This document shows, piece after piece, positions 26,622 to 40,089 of a DNA stretch of 64,000 nt. The notes under the pieces are model-generated. The model was not told the DNA's origin. It worked only from the letters and a program-made list of their open reading frames with translations, and searched no databases. The translations under genes and the position numbers were made by a program. Source of the stretch: Eledone cirrhosa (taxonomy: Eukaryota). Position 1 is the first letter of the stretch; the number at the start of each line of letters is the position of its first letter. The DNA is taken from contig OZ024742.1 in the NCBI GenBank assembly GCA_964016885.1, positions 346,394,001 to 346,458,000 on the forward strand, in the 5' to 3' direction.

Positions 26622-26922
26622 ATATAGATATATATATATTGATTTTTTTTGTGTCGTGCTAAGCTGAATTATTATTTCATTCGATCTCTATCTTTCCTCT
26701 GTTCTCCGAACTTCACAAGATGGGAAAAGACTTATAGAATGGTACAGAATGTTATAGAATGCTTTTGGAGAAATTTCCCTATATTTATCTCACTGTCTCT
26801 TTTTCACTCTCCCTCTCCCTATATATATCTCTATCTCCCTTTCTCTCTTTCCCCCTATCTCTCTCTCTCTCTCTCTCTCTGTCTATCTATCTTTCTATTT
26901 TTCACATTCTTTACGTGTATAA

Positions 26923-27110
<188 letters not shown>

Positions 27111-27297
27111 GTACATACATATATGTATACAGACGTACAGTAGTATGTATATATATATACATACATGCACACATATATATATGTACGTATGGATTCACCG
27201 AACATTTATTATAATGCTCGCTGTGTTTGTAAACAAACATACCGTATTAAGCCGTAGTGTCTAGCAACCATCGTTGCTCGTTTGTTCAACACTGACA

Positions 27298-27350
27298 AAG
27301 GAACGCTGTACTAGTTTCAAGCTTATTAGCTATCGTCAGCAACGTATACC
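27298..27350 (-). ncRNA. Type I hammerhead ribozyme (inverted copy)
   Basis: Reverse complement of 27503-27557. Confidence 0.82.
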
Positions 27351-27502
27351 ATCCTGCCAGATTGTTGAACGTATATACTTACCTTATGCATATTAACGGC
27401 TGAGTAGCCTAATTTGCATATCGAGTAGGTTTATCGGCCGGGTGCACCGAAAACGATAAACGGAAAAAACGAAACGAAATTTCATTTCCCACTCTTAAAC
27501 GC

Positions 27503-27557
27503 AAGGTATACGTTGCTGACGATAGCTAATAAGCTTGAAACTAGTACAGCGTTCCTT
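27503..27557 (+). ncRNA. Minimal type I hammerhead ribozyme
   Basis: AAGG..CGTTG-CTGACGA-TAGCT-AATA-AGCTT-GAAAC-TA-GTA-CAGCG..CCTT; palindromic ACTAGT across stem/loop III. Confidence 0.85.
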
Positions 27558-27920
27558 TGTCAGTGATGAACAAACGAGCAACGATGGTTGCTAGACACTA
27601 CGGCTTAATACGGGATGTTTGTTTACAAACACACCGAGCATTATAATAAATGTTCGGTGAATCCATACGTACATATATATGTGTGCATGTATGTATATAT
27701 ATATACATACTACTGTACGTCTGTATACATATATGTATGTACGTGTACATGCTTATATTTAAGTAACAGCCGTACTAAAAGTGGGAAATGAAATTTCGTT
27801 TCATTTTTTCCGTTTATCGTTTTCGGTGCACCCGGCCGATTAACCCACTCGATATGCAAATTGGGCTACTCAGCCGTTAATATGCATAAGGTAAGTATAT
27901 ACGTTCAACAATCTGGCAGG

Positions 27921-27975
27921 AAGGTATACGTTGCTGACGATAGCTAATAAGCTTGAAACTAGTACAGCGTTCCTT
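27921..27975 (+). ncRNA. Minimal type I hammerhead ribozyme (second tandem copy)
   Basis: Identical core and stems to 27503-27557. Confidence 0.85.
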
Positions 27976-28228
27976 TGTCAGTGTTGAACAAACGAGCAAC
28001 GATGGTTGCTAGACACTACAGCTTAATAGGGGATGTTTGTTTACAAACACACCGAGCATTATATAAATGTTAGGTGAATCCATACGTACATATATATGTG
28101 TGCATGTATGTATATATATATACATACTACTGTACGTCTGTATACATATATGTATGTACGTGTACATACTTATATTTAAGTAACAGCCGTACTAAGAGTG
28201 GGAAATGAAATTTCGTTTCATTTTTTCC

Positions 28229-28266
<38 letters not shown>

Positions 28267-28272
<6 letters not shown>

Positions 28273-29644
28273 GCACTCACACTATCCACACAGCCTACTA
28301 CACCACTAACCCTCTCCCACACATCCACTCCAACCACCCCACAACTAATACCACTAACATCCCCCCCGAGCCCACGCACACGAACACACACCTTCCCACA
28401 CCCACCCACACCTACATACACCACCCACTCTACACACCCAACCACCACTAACCCCCACTAACACACCCGCATTCAACCCTTTCCCCACCACCAGTATACT
28501 AACACCCACTAACACCCCCTTTACCACACACACACTCATCCAAACACGCACACACACACCAGTACACTACACTCCCTCCATCGTCCCCCACACCTTTTCT
28601 CTCCCTCTCCCTCTCCCTCTCCCTCTCCCTCTCCCCGCTCCACTCACACCCCTTCACACACACACACATCCCACTAACACCTCTACTAATACACACCACA
28701 TTCCCCCACATGACACCCTCCCCACTCCACCTTTCACACCTACCCATCCTCTCCCCTGTCCACCGCACCTCCGCACACACAGACACACAGTCCTCACCAC
28801 ACACTGATTTTCTCCACCTGTCATTCTCCTCTACTGCTATGCCTTCATTCTGCCTTGACCCTCTGACCACTTCCTGTTGCGCGCGCACCCCACATCTCCC
28901 CACTTCCGACCACAACAACCGCTCATCGTTCCAGCTATCCACTCCATAACATGAAAAATATCCGGCAACTCTTCGCACACTCCTCGGAACTACCTTAGGA
29001 ACTTACCCACGGACATACACTCACAATTTTTTTTCGAACCACGCCACCTACATCCACACCACGTATAAACACCAACACACACGTGCGCACCCCCACATAT
29101 ACACACTCAGCCTCCGGAATCCTCAACCCGCCCGCCCCCACCCCTCTGACCCATCCCCATCCACACGCACGCACACACCGACCTACACCCCACACCACAC
29201 ACACCTTTTCCTGAACATGGAACCTCGTTCTACCCCCAACTCTCACATTCACATACACATACACACACACGTACACCTACACACATACACAAACACCACC
29301 CTCAGCCCTCCCCCACTAGGACCCCCGCATCCCTCTCCCTACTCCACCCGCCACCACCCCTACACTCCCCACACCCTTCCACCTCTTGTTTATCTTTATG
29401 TTTATTTTTATTTTTATTTGTACCCCTTCCACCGTTTTTCCTCCTGTTTCTCTGTCCCCTCTTTTCTAAATGTCTCTCCACCACTCCCCCACACACCCTC
29501 GGAACTCTCTTCACACCCATTTTTCTCCTGAAGAAAGGCTTATGCCCGAAACGTCGTTCTCCACCCCCACCCCCACTCTCAAGAGCGTGGAACTAATAAA
29601 CCTTTGTTTGTACTGCCTCTCTGTTTTCGTTCCCGTTCCAGTTT

Positions 29645-29650
<6 letters not shown>
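28267..29650 (+). mobile_element. C/A-rich decayed PLE remnant ending in a pLTR-like segment
   Basis: CTGAAGA-AAGGC-TTAT-GCCC-GAAAC-GTC at 29528-29555, downstream AATAAA, then (TA)n; 29111-29380 is shared with 19129-19371. Confidence 0.55.
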
Positions 29651-29730
<80 letters not shown>

Positions 29731-29790
29731 TATAGATAAACCAGTTTTAAACTAGTTAGACCATATCTCTCTGTCTCTATCTCTCTCTCT

Positions 29791-29840
<50 letters not shown>

Positions 29841-29843
<3 letters not shown>

Positions 29844-30480
29844 AACTGTTAAAACGATCAAATTTTAGTTTAGAACATTTATTTGCTAACAATTGTTTCT
29901 TCCAGAGGGAAGTCTGAATCATCGGAGCATAAGGAATGTCGAAACATGTAACTAAAATCCTAGTCATTTAGAACATTTAGGGTACATAATTGTTATTAGT
30001 GTCAAATGCATCATGTGGAGAGTCAGGAGTTAAAAAGATGTTCTGCTTGAAAGAGCACAATTACAGGCATCACTTGTTGTACAGCGATTTTCCTTGCTTA
30101 TAACATTTTTGCCTGTGTTTTTTTTTGGCTTGTGATTTTTTTGCTTGTTCTTTTTACTTATACCTATTACACTTCTAACAAGTGCTGCCTGTAATTGTGC
30201 TCTTTAAAGCAGAACATCTGTTTAACTCCTGATACTCCACATGATGCCTTTGAGACTAATAACAATTATGCACCCTAAATGTTCTAAATGACTAGGATTT
30301 TAGTTACATGTTTCGACATTCCTTATGCTCCGATGATTCCAGACTTCCTTCTGAAAGAAACAATTGTCAGCAAAATTTGATCGTTTTAACACTTTGTATC
30401 TCGGCTCTGTAAAATACTTGAAAATGTGCATTGAACCTTTTGTCATACCGGTAACCGGCTAGTACTTAGTACTACCCTAC
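29841..30480 (+). mobile_element. Non-coding foldback element with hammerhead (arms 29841-30078 / 30177-30397)
   Basis: Reverse-complement arms; (TA)n on the left and TA-rich sequence on the right. Confidence 0.82.
30326..30372 (+). ncRNA. Type I hammerhead motif with CCGATGA core
   Basis: TGCT-CCGATGA-TTCCAGA..TCTGAAA-GAAAC-AATT-GTC-AGCA; inverted copy at 29884-29929. Confidence 0.72.
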
Positions 30481-30679
30481 ATATTTATAGTTATACATAT
30501 ATAAATATAAATATTCTTATTACTATACATATATACTTCTGCTGAAATACTATCCTAACTAGGGGCCTTCACTGAGAATATTTGTTTGATGGGATTCTTT
30601 ACTTCCTTTAGAGTGGATCAAAGACTTCTTGAAGCCATCGTAGAGGGCCTTAGAGCCCTTATCAGGAATTATATGAAAT

Positions 30680-30735
30680 TGTATATGGCGTCCGTTGACT
30701 TAACTAAGGCCTTCGACACTACAAACCTAGAAGGT
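30680..30735 (+). mobile_element. LINE RT fragment
   Basis: LYMASVDLTKAFDT motif. Confidence 0.6.
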
Positions 30736-31785
30736 ACTCAATAAACTTAGTATTCATGATACTGTAAGTAGGTAAGTAAGTAAGTAAGTCCCCCCCCCCC
30801 CACTGTTGATCTGCGGCTTAATAGCAATCAAATAATTAGCCTATTTTATCCCAGCCCTCCCCCTCCCCAATCTCATCTGTCTCGTCTTCTTTTTTCTCCC
30901 ACTGTCGTCATCGTTACCTCCCTTACACATCATCACCACCATCTGAAGGGTTGTGAGTAGTGCACATGTGTGGCAGAGTAAAATGACAGGCCCTCATTTC
31001 TCATGGAGTTTTGACATAAGTGCCGTGTCTCTGTGTAAAGTCCGGGAATTATTCTCATCAACATCATTTTTGTATCTACTTTGCCATGTTTAGACGGGAT
31101 GTTTTACAGTTAGATGTCCTTCCTGGTACCAACACTTTTAAATATCTCTTACAGCATGCAGTGTTATGATGCACCTTTTAAAAATTACAGCTCACCTTCC
31201 TAAGTAATGCTTTACCTTTGTAGGCAATAGTTCACCTTTCTAAACAATAGAACATCCGTGTAAGCAATGTCACAAGGATGCACCTCTCTGAAGGGAGGAG
31301 AACTCCAGATGAGTTCCTGATAACAGGCACGAAGGTGGACTTCTTATTATGAAGTCAGTGGATGATCTGCCAGAACACTTTAGTTGCTAATCTAAAGTCA
31401 AATTATAGCTTAACCCTAAAGTCCTTCCATATCTTAACTTTAGATGTCTTTACTGTTTCGACTGTGACTTTTCACACCTGCTTGAACCACACATCTTACA
31501 CCGGACGACCAAGAAGATCAGGTGGTGCTGCTACACCGGACGACTGAGATGGTCAGGTGGTGGTCTTACCAGTAAGTAATAATTCATGACAAAATATTTA
31601 ACATTTATCATCTTTCTTCAAAGGATGAAAGCTGCTGTTTTTGTTTTTTGTTCTGTTTTTTTTTCCGGATGGGGATTTCAGATTCCTTTGACGTCATAAA
31701 GAGTACAAAAGAAAGTTGTATCATGGCCCCGGTTCTTGTAGCACTTTTTCTTCTCTGTAATAGTGAATTCTCTGTAATAGTGAAG

Positions 31786-31925
31786 ACGCATGGCTTAGTG
31801 GTTAGAGCATTGGGCTTGCAATCGAAAGGTTCTGAGTTCAATTCTCAGACCGGGTGATGTGTTGTTTCCTTGAGCAAGACACTTTATTTCACGTTGCTCC
31901 AGTTTACTCAGCTGTAGAAATGAGA
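31786..31925 (+). mobile_element. CORE-type tRNA SINE (OR2-like), partial
   Basis: TGGCTTAGTGG A-box, GAGTTCAATTC B-box, CCTTGAGCAAGACACTT. Confidence 0.7.
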
Positions 31926-32069
31926 TGATAGGACTGGGGTCCCTATCATTAAATTACCCAAGACACCTCCAACGAGATATACCTTGGAGGAGGCCAGCTA
32001 AACTTGCATAGGTGTGTGCTGCACACACAAAATACTGAATTATACTTATGGTGATATGGACACAGATAA

Positions 32070-32640
32070 GAGGATGCAATTTCGTACAAGCAGTTGACTT
32101 TTCAACCAGCAGAGGTTCCTAGTTAAAACAATACTGAGATCAGATCTAGCAACATTTGTAATCTGGTTTTTGCGGATGATGCAGCACTCGTTGTGACATC
32201 AGTTGAAGAGACTTAATCACTCGTACATCGTTTCTCAATCACTAGCAAAGCTTTTGGAGCTTAACATCAGCAAGCATAAAGAAGACTGAATATATTCACC
32301 AACCACACCTACACCCAAGCAGATACAAGGTGTCAAACAAGAACCACCAGTTCACAAATTTCCAGCTACCCCTATTAAGACAGAAGGGAAGAATCTCAAA
32401 TATGTTTAGTTATTTACATATTTGTCCTATGATGACGAGATTGCCCATCAAATTGCCAAAACCTCTGGTATACTTGGCAAAATCCGTCATTATCTCTGGA
32501 ATTAGAGAGGCATAAAGCTGAAAACCCAAATTAAAGTCTACAAAGCCGTTGTTCATACCATCATGGCGTATCATGTGAGAGCAGCTTGGACCAGGGTAGG
32601 AGTATCCACACCCAGTGAAAAGTCTAGACATTTATTGTGA
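32070..32640 (+). mobile_element. RTE-like LINE RT fragment, heavily degenerate
   Basis: LVFADDAALV, ..SKAFG.NIS, GIKLK.K.KVYKA-like segments across frameshifts. Confidence 0.6.
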
Positions 32641-32865
32641 CGAAGTCTCATAAATCATGGGTTCTGCTACACAAGCAACGGAGATGGATAAATTGGGAAA
32701 AAGGCGTGGAGTGATTGTGGGAGGAAGTGAATTTTATATATATATTATATTACATATACATCCTTATGGGGTCGATAAAATAAAGTACCAGTAATACACT
32801 GGGTAATTGCTGGCCTTGTGCCAAAAGTAGAAACAATTATATTATATATACGTTATATATATATA

Positions 32866-33548
32866 TAAAAGAAATTTCTCTTTACATGGCTGAATACAAT
32901 AAATGTAATCTGAGTTTTTCGAATATTAATAATAACATTCGATTCGTTTGCAATTATGCAAACAAGCCTCAATTTCTGTTCACATGCCAACACAAGAGCA
33001 AGAGTGAAGTGTTCATTCTACTGACATGGCTATAAAATTGAGGCTTGTTTGCATAATTACAAACGAATCGAATGTTATTATAAATATTCGACAAACTCAG
33101 ATTACATTTATTGTATTCAGCCATGTAGAGCGAAATTTTCTTTTTTATTTGAATTTGGCAAAGCCGGCCATTTATCGCTCGTATACAGGAAACTGACTGG
33201 CCAGTCCGCTGATATGCATATCTGGCTGATCAGTGGATCTGCTAATATGCAGATCTGACTGATCAGCCAGTCTGCTAATATGCAAATCAGGCTGATCAGT
33301 CACTGTGTATTTTTGAAAATAGCATATATTTTCACTAGCTCTGACAGTTTGGCAGGTGAACAGTGAGCTGTACTGATGAAGGGTGATACCCAGAAACATT
33401 AGTGTTTGCAGTTCTGTTCACATGCCAACACAAGAGCAAGAATGAAGGGTTCATTCTGCTGACATGGATATAGAATTGAGGCTTGTTTGCAACATTACAA
33501 ACGAATCGAATGTTATTATTAATATTCGAAAAACTCAGATTACATTCA
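32866..33548 (+). mobile_element. Retrozyme-like element: 438-bp period partial tandem plus 5' inverted segment
   Basis: 32974-33108 repeated at 33412-33547; 32866-32975 is the inverse of 33034-33146; TA flanks. Confidence 0.82.
33366..33413 (+). ncRNA. Type I hammerhead ribozyme
   Basis: AGCTGTA-CTGATGA-AGGGT-GAT-ACCCA-GAAAC-ATTAGT-GTT-TGCAGTT. Confidence 0.8.
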
Positions 33549-33793
33549 TATATATATATATATTTAAAAAAGGAAAAGAATTACTTCACTTGTAGTACTA
33601 AATAATTTAATCTAATTTTATGATATAATTTTACAATTTGGTTGCTAAATCTACAAAATTAAATTGTAAACTTATATTATTAAATTAGATTAAATTGTTT
33701 AGAACTACAAGTGAAATCATTCGTTTCCTTTTGTACCAAGGATTTCACACATTTTCCAATATATATATATAGAGAGAGAGAGAGGGGGGAGTA

Positions 33794-33846
<53 letters not shown>

Positions 33847-33889
33847 GAGAGAGAGACACAGAGACAGAGAGACAGACAGAGAGAGAGAG

Positions 33890-34948
33890 AGAAATTAAAT
33901 GTTAGCGAAAGCAATAGCAAATTCTTGAACAAATATATTTAATGGCTTACAATTGTTTTGGAAATCATATCAATATTATGCACATTCTGATGATAATTAT
34001 CGATTATAAAATCGATAATAGTAAATGATAACAAAAAGTAAAGATTGATATGGTCTCCGAAAAGAAAAAATAAACATAAAAATTCAAAAATACATGTCAC
34101 TGAAAATATGGATTACAATAAATGTAAAACATGAAACATATCCGTCCACGTATTAATGCTGGAAGTAAGATAAGAATACATTTTAGATTCGAAGAATTTA
34201 ACCGTTTTAAAAAATCGAGTATGCAGGAAACCGGAAGTAAGCAAGTAAATATAGCAAGAGGCATAACTATGATGAAAGGGAGATAAATAACTAGATTTAT
34301 ATATGAGATAATTAAAAAATACTATTAAAATTATTTAAAGGAAGGAAAGGCGATGTTACACTTAACGGTTGAATAAAAGGATGAGTGTGGAAAGAAATAT
34401 CATGTAAAATAAACAAGAGGGTAAATATATGAGGAATCATTAAAAATAAAAATTAGAGGGTTGATATATATAAAGATAATGTGGCAAAGGTAGAAAAAAG
34501 GTTATATTAGGAATTAAAGGGAAATAAAATGCAAGATAAAAAATATATTATATTTAAAGGTAAGGCTATGCATACCAGAGTGTAAGAGGTCACATAACTA
34601 GGTAAAATTTCCTTTAGTAGAGGATAACAAAATTAAGAAAAAAAATATAGATTGAAATCAACATTAAATTGATTTAAAAGAAGTATATAAAGATGATAGT
34701 CAAAGAGTGTATAAAAGAAGGAGAAAGGCCTTACTTGCTTATTTCCGGTTTCATGCATACACCGTTTTTTTTTGTTTAACGGTTAAATTCTTCGAATATA
34801 AAATGTATTCTTATATTTTATAATGATTATATAATCGATAATTATCATCAGTATGTGCAGAATATTGATATGATTTCCGAAACAATTGTCAGCCATTAAA
34901 TATATTTGTTCAAGAATTTGGTATTGTTTTCTCTAACATTTAATTTCT
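33890..34948. repeat. Diverged inverted repeat (33890-34248 / 34731-34948) with an HHR 3' half
   Basis: Reverse-complement arms with an internal deletion on the right; CC-GAAAC-AATT-GTC-AGCC near 34877-34894. Confidence 0.7.
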
Positions 34949-35127
34949 ATATTAATGCTCTGCTTTTACAATTTTTTACTTGACATTATTTCTCTTGTTT
35001 ACTTACATTGTTTGCATATCTGGCATCTAATACGCATTGAGCACACTGTCCCCTTCACTACTGGCAGATAATTCTCATAACTAATCTCTTATCTCCCCTC
35101 CTCGATTAGTTTATATGCATAATTTAA

Positions 35128-35159
<32 letters not shown>

Positions 35160-35175
35160 ATGTGTGTGTGTGTGT

Positions 35176-35963
35176 AGGAAGATTAGTAAAAAAAGATATC
35201 CCCAATATAATTATTCCCGCTATCAAACAGAAAACTACACTTGTCTTCTGAAGAAATATTAATGAAGTTATTCAGTGCTTTATTAATTTAGATAATAAGT
35301 ATCGTGTGAATTGTTTGCATTTTGGTATTAACACTTATTAAGTTTCTATTTCTCCTACACTCTTTGATGAAGCATTATCTAGGGTTTTAGACCTCACTGA
35401 TATTACAAAGGAAGAATCTATATCCTCTTGCCAACGAGATGAACTATTATAGAATTTAAGGATAATTTTTGAACTAGAAAACATTGTCCAAATAATTTTG
35501 ATATTACGATGGGTTCGAGTGATTCAATAAAAATACAGTAAAGTTATCTTTCTCTGCCACACCTAATTTTGCAGAATATTTGGCTTTGAATAATAATAAA
35601 AAATTAAACTCATATAAACTATAACAAAAATCTCCTGTACCGAACCATCCCGCAGTTGTAGATAATGAGTATAACAATAATAGTAATAATATTCTAGACA
35701 ATAACGAACAGAGTAGTGAAGGTAATAATTATTGTAAGCGATTGAATACTAGTAACTTTGTTGTACTAGGGTAATATATCAAGTAAACCTCTTAATACTA
35801 ATAATCTGATAATAATTTGTAATTGCAGAGATCTTGACTATTGTCCCCTTAGAAGTAATGTAATGCATAAGTGTGAAGTTTTAACTTATAATGAATCCTT
35901 TAATTACATAGAGACAACTGCTAATAATTAAAAAACTAGGTGTTATGAACATCTACAATCATA
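35176..35963 (+). mobile_element. Third Naiad-type PLE, internally deleted and degenerate
   Basis: N.NEVIQCF, SISPTLFDEAL, FDITMGS, NKNTVKLSFSATPN, CNCR..CPL, YI.TT.N..KTR..EH. Confidence 0.75.
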
Positions 35964-36226
35964 GCAGCCCAAATATAATGATATGGGACAGAAAAGAAGG
36001 CATGCACAGTAGTGGAAATCGGCTGACCAGCAGATATTAATATAGTGTTAAATCTGGCAAACAGAAAAACATTCATGCCGAACTAATGAAGAGTCTGCAG
36101 ACACCCTACCTTAGCTATACCTTTCAATTTGTACTGGTGATAATTGAGCCTTGGGATATGTTGCTGCTCCACTAGAAATCCAATGAAACTGACATTTCTT
36201 AACAGATGCAATTATATTTGAAACAA

Positions 36227-36415
36227 GGGCGGTGGATTGGCAGTATCGGTAGAGGGTCGGACGCCATGCTTTCCAGCATAGTTACGTCCCTTTACGATCT
36301 GAGTTCAAATCCCGCCGAGGTTGACTTTGCCTTTCATCCTTACGGGGTCGATAAAATAAAGTACCAGTAATGCACTGGATAATTACTGGCCTTGTGCCTA
36401 AAGTAGAAACAATTA
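36227..36415 (+). mobile_element. OR1-like SINE
   Basis: Full-length copy. Confidence 0.85.
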
Positions 36416-36626
36416 TATTTGAAACATCTTGTCACCAGATAAACATTAAACACACTTTACATCTTACAGGTTTTTATGGACAAAATTATAAATATTAACA
36501 CACACACGAACATGTATGTCTATATATATGTGCGTGTGTGTGTGTGTGTGTGTGCTTATGAGTGTGTGTGTGTGTGTCCGTGTAGCATCACGATAAGCAT
36601 CAATATATTCATTCGCATATATGAAT

Positions 36627-36688
<62 letters not shown>

Positions 36689-36843
36689 CGTTTCTGAATT
36701 TGTTTAGCAAGATTCTTTATCTGAAAACGTGTGTTGAAACCGATATTTATACATTTTTAAATTTATAATTTAATTTATAATAAATTGAAGTGAAAGCAAC
36801 TGGTGCGTGTGTTCTTATTGGCAACATGACCCTTCCAAAGTAT

Positions 36844-36963
<120 letters not shown>

Positions 36964-37319
36964 GTATATATAATATCTAAGGTTTTGTTTTTCCTCCATA
37001 TTTCGATAATATCATCTGTATATCTCTTCTGATAACACCGTGTAACATATTTATTGTTCCCCGATTTTAAATACTATTTCCTGGTTTGTTATATCCCATT
37101 ATTATAAAAAGACACTGTTATTTAATCAGAAGTTTGGGTTTGTGGTCAACAGTTTGATATTTCGAAATTTTCATATTTTTCAAGAAAAACACATTTTTTT
37201 TTTTGTTTATCAGTTCATATAATTAAATCAACAGAGTATATATTTATTTTATTACACAAGCTTATCAAAAGCAAACAAGTAAAAACAAATAACACTTATA
37301 GAGCAACTTATGCACGTCA

Positions 37320-38465
37320 GAAATGACTGGATTTCCTGGATTTGCGGTTGAAGTCCATGTCGCATTCCCGCACTAGCCCCCAGATATAGTCCCCCATCAT
37401 TTTTTCATTGTAGTGGCCCTGGTACCTCTGCTCTATCTCTTTTCACATCTTGGTGGAATCGTTCGCCTTGTTCTTCTGAGTAGGCGCCCATATTGTCCTT
37501 CAATCTTTCCAGGTGAGCGTCCAGCATATGGAGTTTAAGCGACATCCTGCATCCCATGGTGCCAAAAGCCTTTATCAGATCCTGCACCAGTTGCTGGTAG
37601 TTTTCAGCTCTGTAGTTGCCCAGGAAGCCCTTAACAACTGCCTTGAAACAGTTCCATGCTGTTCTCTCAATCCTATTGAGCTTATTGGAGAACTCGGTAG
37701 ACTCAAACACCTTCTTTATCTGAGGTCCAACAAAAATTCCACCTTTGATTTTGGCCTCAGATAACTTGGGGAAGAACTCAAGAAGGTACTTAAAAGCGGC
37801 TGATTCTTGGTTGAGAGCCTTCACAAACTGCTTCATCAACCCCAACTTAATGTGCAGTGGCGGTATGAGCACAATCCTGGGATCAACCAGTGGCTCCCAC
37901 ATGACGTTCCGGGTCCCAACTACAAATTCTGTTCGCTGCTCCCAGTTTTCTTTTGTAGTGGTCAGAGGTGGCTCTGCTGTCCCAAAGGCAGAGGGAGCAT
38001 TGGAATTTGATAAAGCCTCCTTGGAGTCCAAGCAGGAAAGCCATCTTGAAGTCTCCAATGATTTCCCAATTGTACTGGTTGTATTGAGAGCTTCCAAGAG
38101 GACTTTCACACTGTAGTAATCTTCCTTCAGGCAGACTCTATGAGCTAGGGGCAGTCTTGGGAACTTGTTTCCATTGTTGAGGAGGACAGCCTTCAAACTT
38201 GTGGTGGAGCTGTCTATAAATAGCCGCCACTCCTTGGGCCCAATAACGTTAAACAGTCCAGGCACGTCATGGCAGAGGCAGAGGCCATCCCTAAGAGTGT
38301 AAAAGCCTGAGAAAGGTTCGTGTCGCCTTCTCTGACTTGTCACCTGCACTTCCTCCTTGACCAAGTTCTACTGCTTCATCCTGGAGACGAATAGCTCTGC
38401 ATTGGACTTGGTCAGACCCATATCCCTGACCAAGTCATTGATTTCTTTTTGGTTTAGGAAGTGAG
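37320..38465 (-). pseudogene. Chapaev3-like (CMC) DNA transposase fragment
   Basis: EWRLFIDSS..SLKAVLL.NGN, PPLHIKLGLMKQFVKAL, FPKLSEAKIK.GIFVGPQI, GCRMSLK.H.L..HL, SEEQGERFHQD; frameshifted. Confidence 0.8.
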
Positions 38466-38883
38466 AAACTTTTATTGATACTGGTACTCCAGTATCAATA
38501 AATCTGTTTAATCCACTTTTTAACAATTTTATACTTTATTGCACTTTTATAATTTTCTTTAGGTATTACTCTTTATTTTATAATTTTAATTTAACCTGAA
38601 ACATATCTAAAAAAAATCATTTAACATAAGCAAATTAAACTTACATATAACGTAAAATCCAGCATACAAATAATTCTAGTGAATAGCTTAGAATTTTTAC
38701 AAACCCAAACTTTTAACTGTTTAATAGCACATTTTTATTTATTTGGGACCTAAGCAACACAAAAGAAGTGATAACAAGCTAGGAACAGAGAAAAAAATTT
38801 TTTTGTTACACGGTATAATCATATCGAAAGGTTCAATAAGAATATTATATATACTATATTATATTATATCATATATTATATTA

Positions 38884-39320
38884 TTGGCAGTATCGGTAGA
38901 GGGTCGGACGCCATGCTTTGACGCATAGAGTTACGGCCCTTGCCATTCTGATTTCAAATCCCGTCGAGGTTAACTTTGCCTTTCATCCTAACGGGGGTCG
39001 ATAAAATAAAGTACCAGTAATACACTGGGATAATTGCTGGCCTTGTGCCTATTGTAGAAACAATTATATTATATTATATTATATTATTATATTATATTAT
39101 ATTATATTATATTATATTATATTATAAGGGCGGGGGATTGGCAGTGTCGGTAGAGAGTCGGACACTATGCTTTGAAGCATAGAGTTACGTCCCTTTATGA
39201 TTTGAGTTCATATCCCGCCGAGGTTAACTTTGCCTTTCATCCTTACGGGGTCGATAAAATAAAGTACCAGTAATACACTGGGTAATTGCTGGCCTTGTGC
39301 CAAAAATAGAAACAATTATA
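38884..39320 (+). mobile_element. Two tandem OR1-like SINEs separated by (ATATT)n
   Basis: Copies at 38884-39066 and 39127-39320. Confidence 0.85.
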
Positions 39321-40089
39321 TTATATTATATTATATTATATTATATTATACTATATTATACTATGTTATACTATATTATATTACTAGCAGAGGTACCCGG
39401 CGTTTCCCGGTATAATTCTCAATGGAGTAGTCGTTCAAATGAACCGAAAGACTTCCGTTAAACACGACTATAGAAGTAACAATTTATAGGTGTTGGCCCT
39501 AAAGATGGCCTTTGAACGTTCACTTTGAAATATCTCTGCGGCGGTGCTGCCAGCAAAGATGAATCCGATGGTAACAATTTAAACTTGGTGGCCCAGAAGA
39601 GGGCCTTGGCTCGTTCACTCTTAAAAGTCTCAGCGGCAGAGCTGTCAGCAAAGACGACTCCGATTAGAGGTGGTGGCCCTTAAGAAATCTTTCACACCAC
39701 TTTGGTGTGTCGAATTTGCTTTGCTTGTTATTTGAGATTGTAACCTAGAAAAGCATGTAACAGTCGGTGGCCACAAAAACGGCCTTGGCAAGATCACGCT
39801 GGAATGTTAAAAAAATGTGTAAATAAGATGTAGGGAAAAGTTGATTAATTAGGTTAAAACTACTGAACATCGATAGCAAAGCGTAATAGCAACATATAAA
39901 TGCGGAAAACGGAGACATTGAACATTTATAACGTATAGCAAAAGCAACCTCAGAGACGTACGTGGTATTTCCGAAAGGACAAAAATAGCACACGGATACA
40001 GCAAATGTAAGCACTTATACAAAAAAACAAAAACAAAAAAACACCGATTACCTGTTGGCGGATGGAGTGCCTACAAAATTCCTTATAGA

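Noticed and set aside
31170-31575. Possible host exon (AG...GTAAGT)
   Set aside because: No long open frame spans it and no recognisable protein motif was found
31786-31855. tRNA gene
   Set aside because: The tRNA-like head continues into a SINE body; no intact cloverleaf is evident
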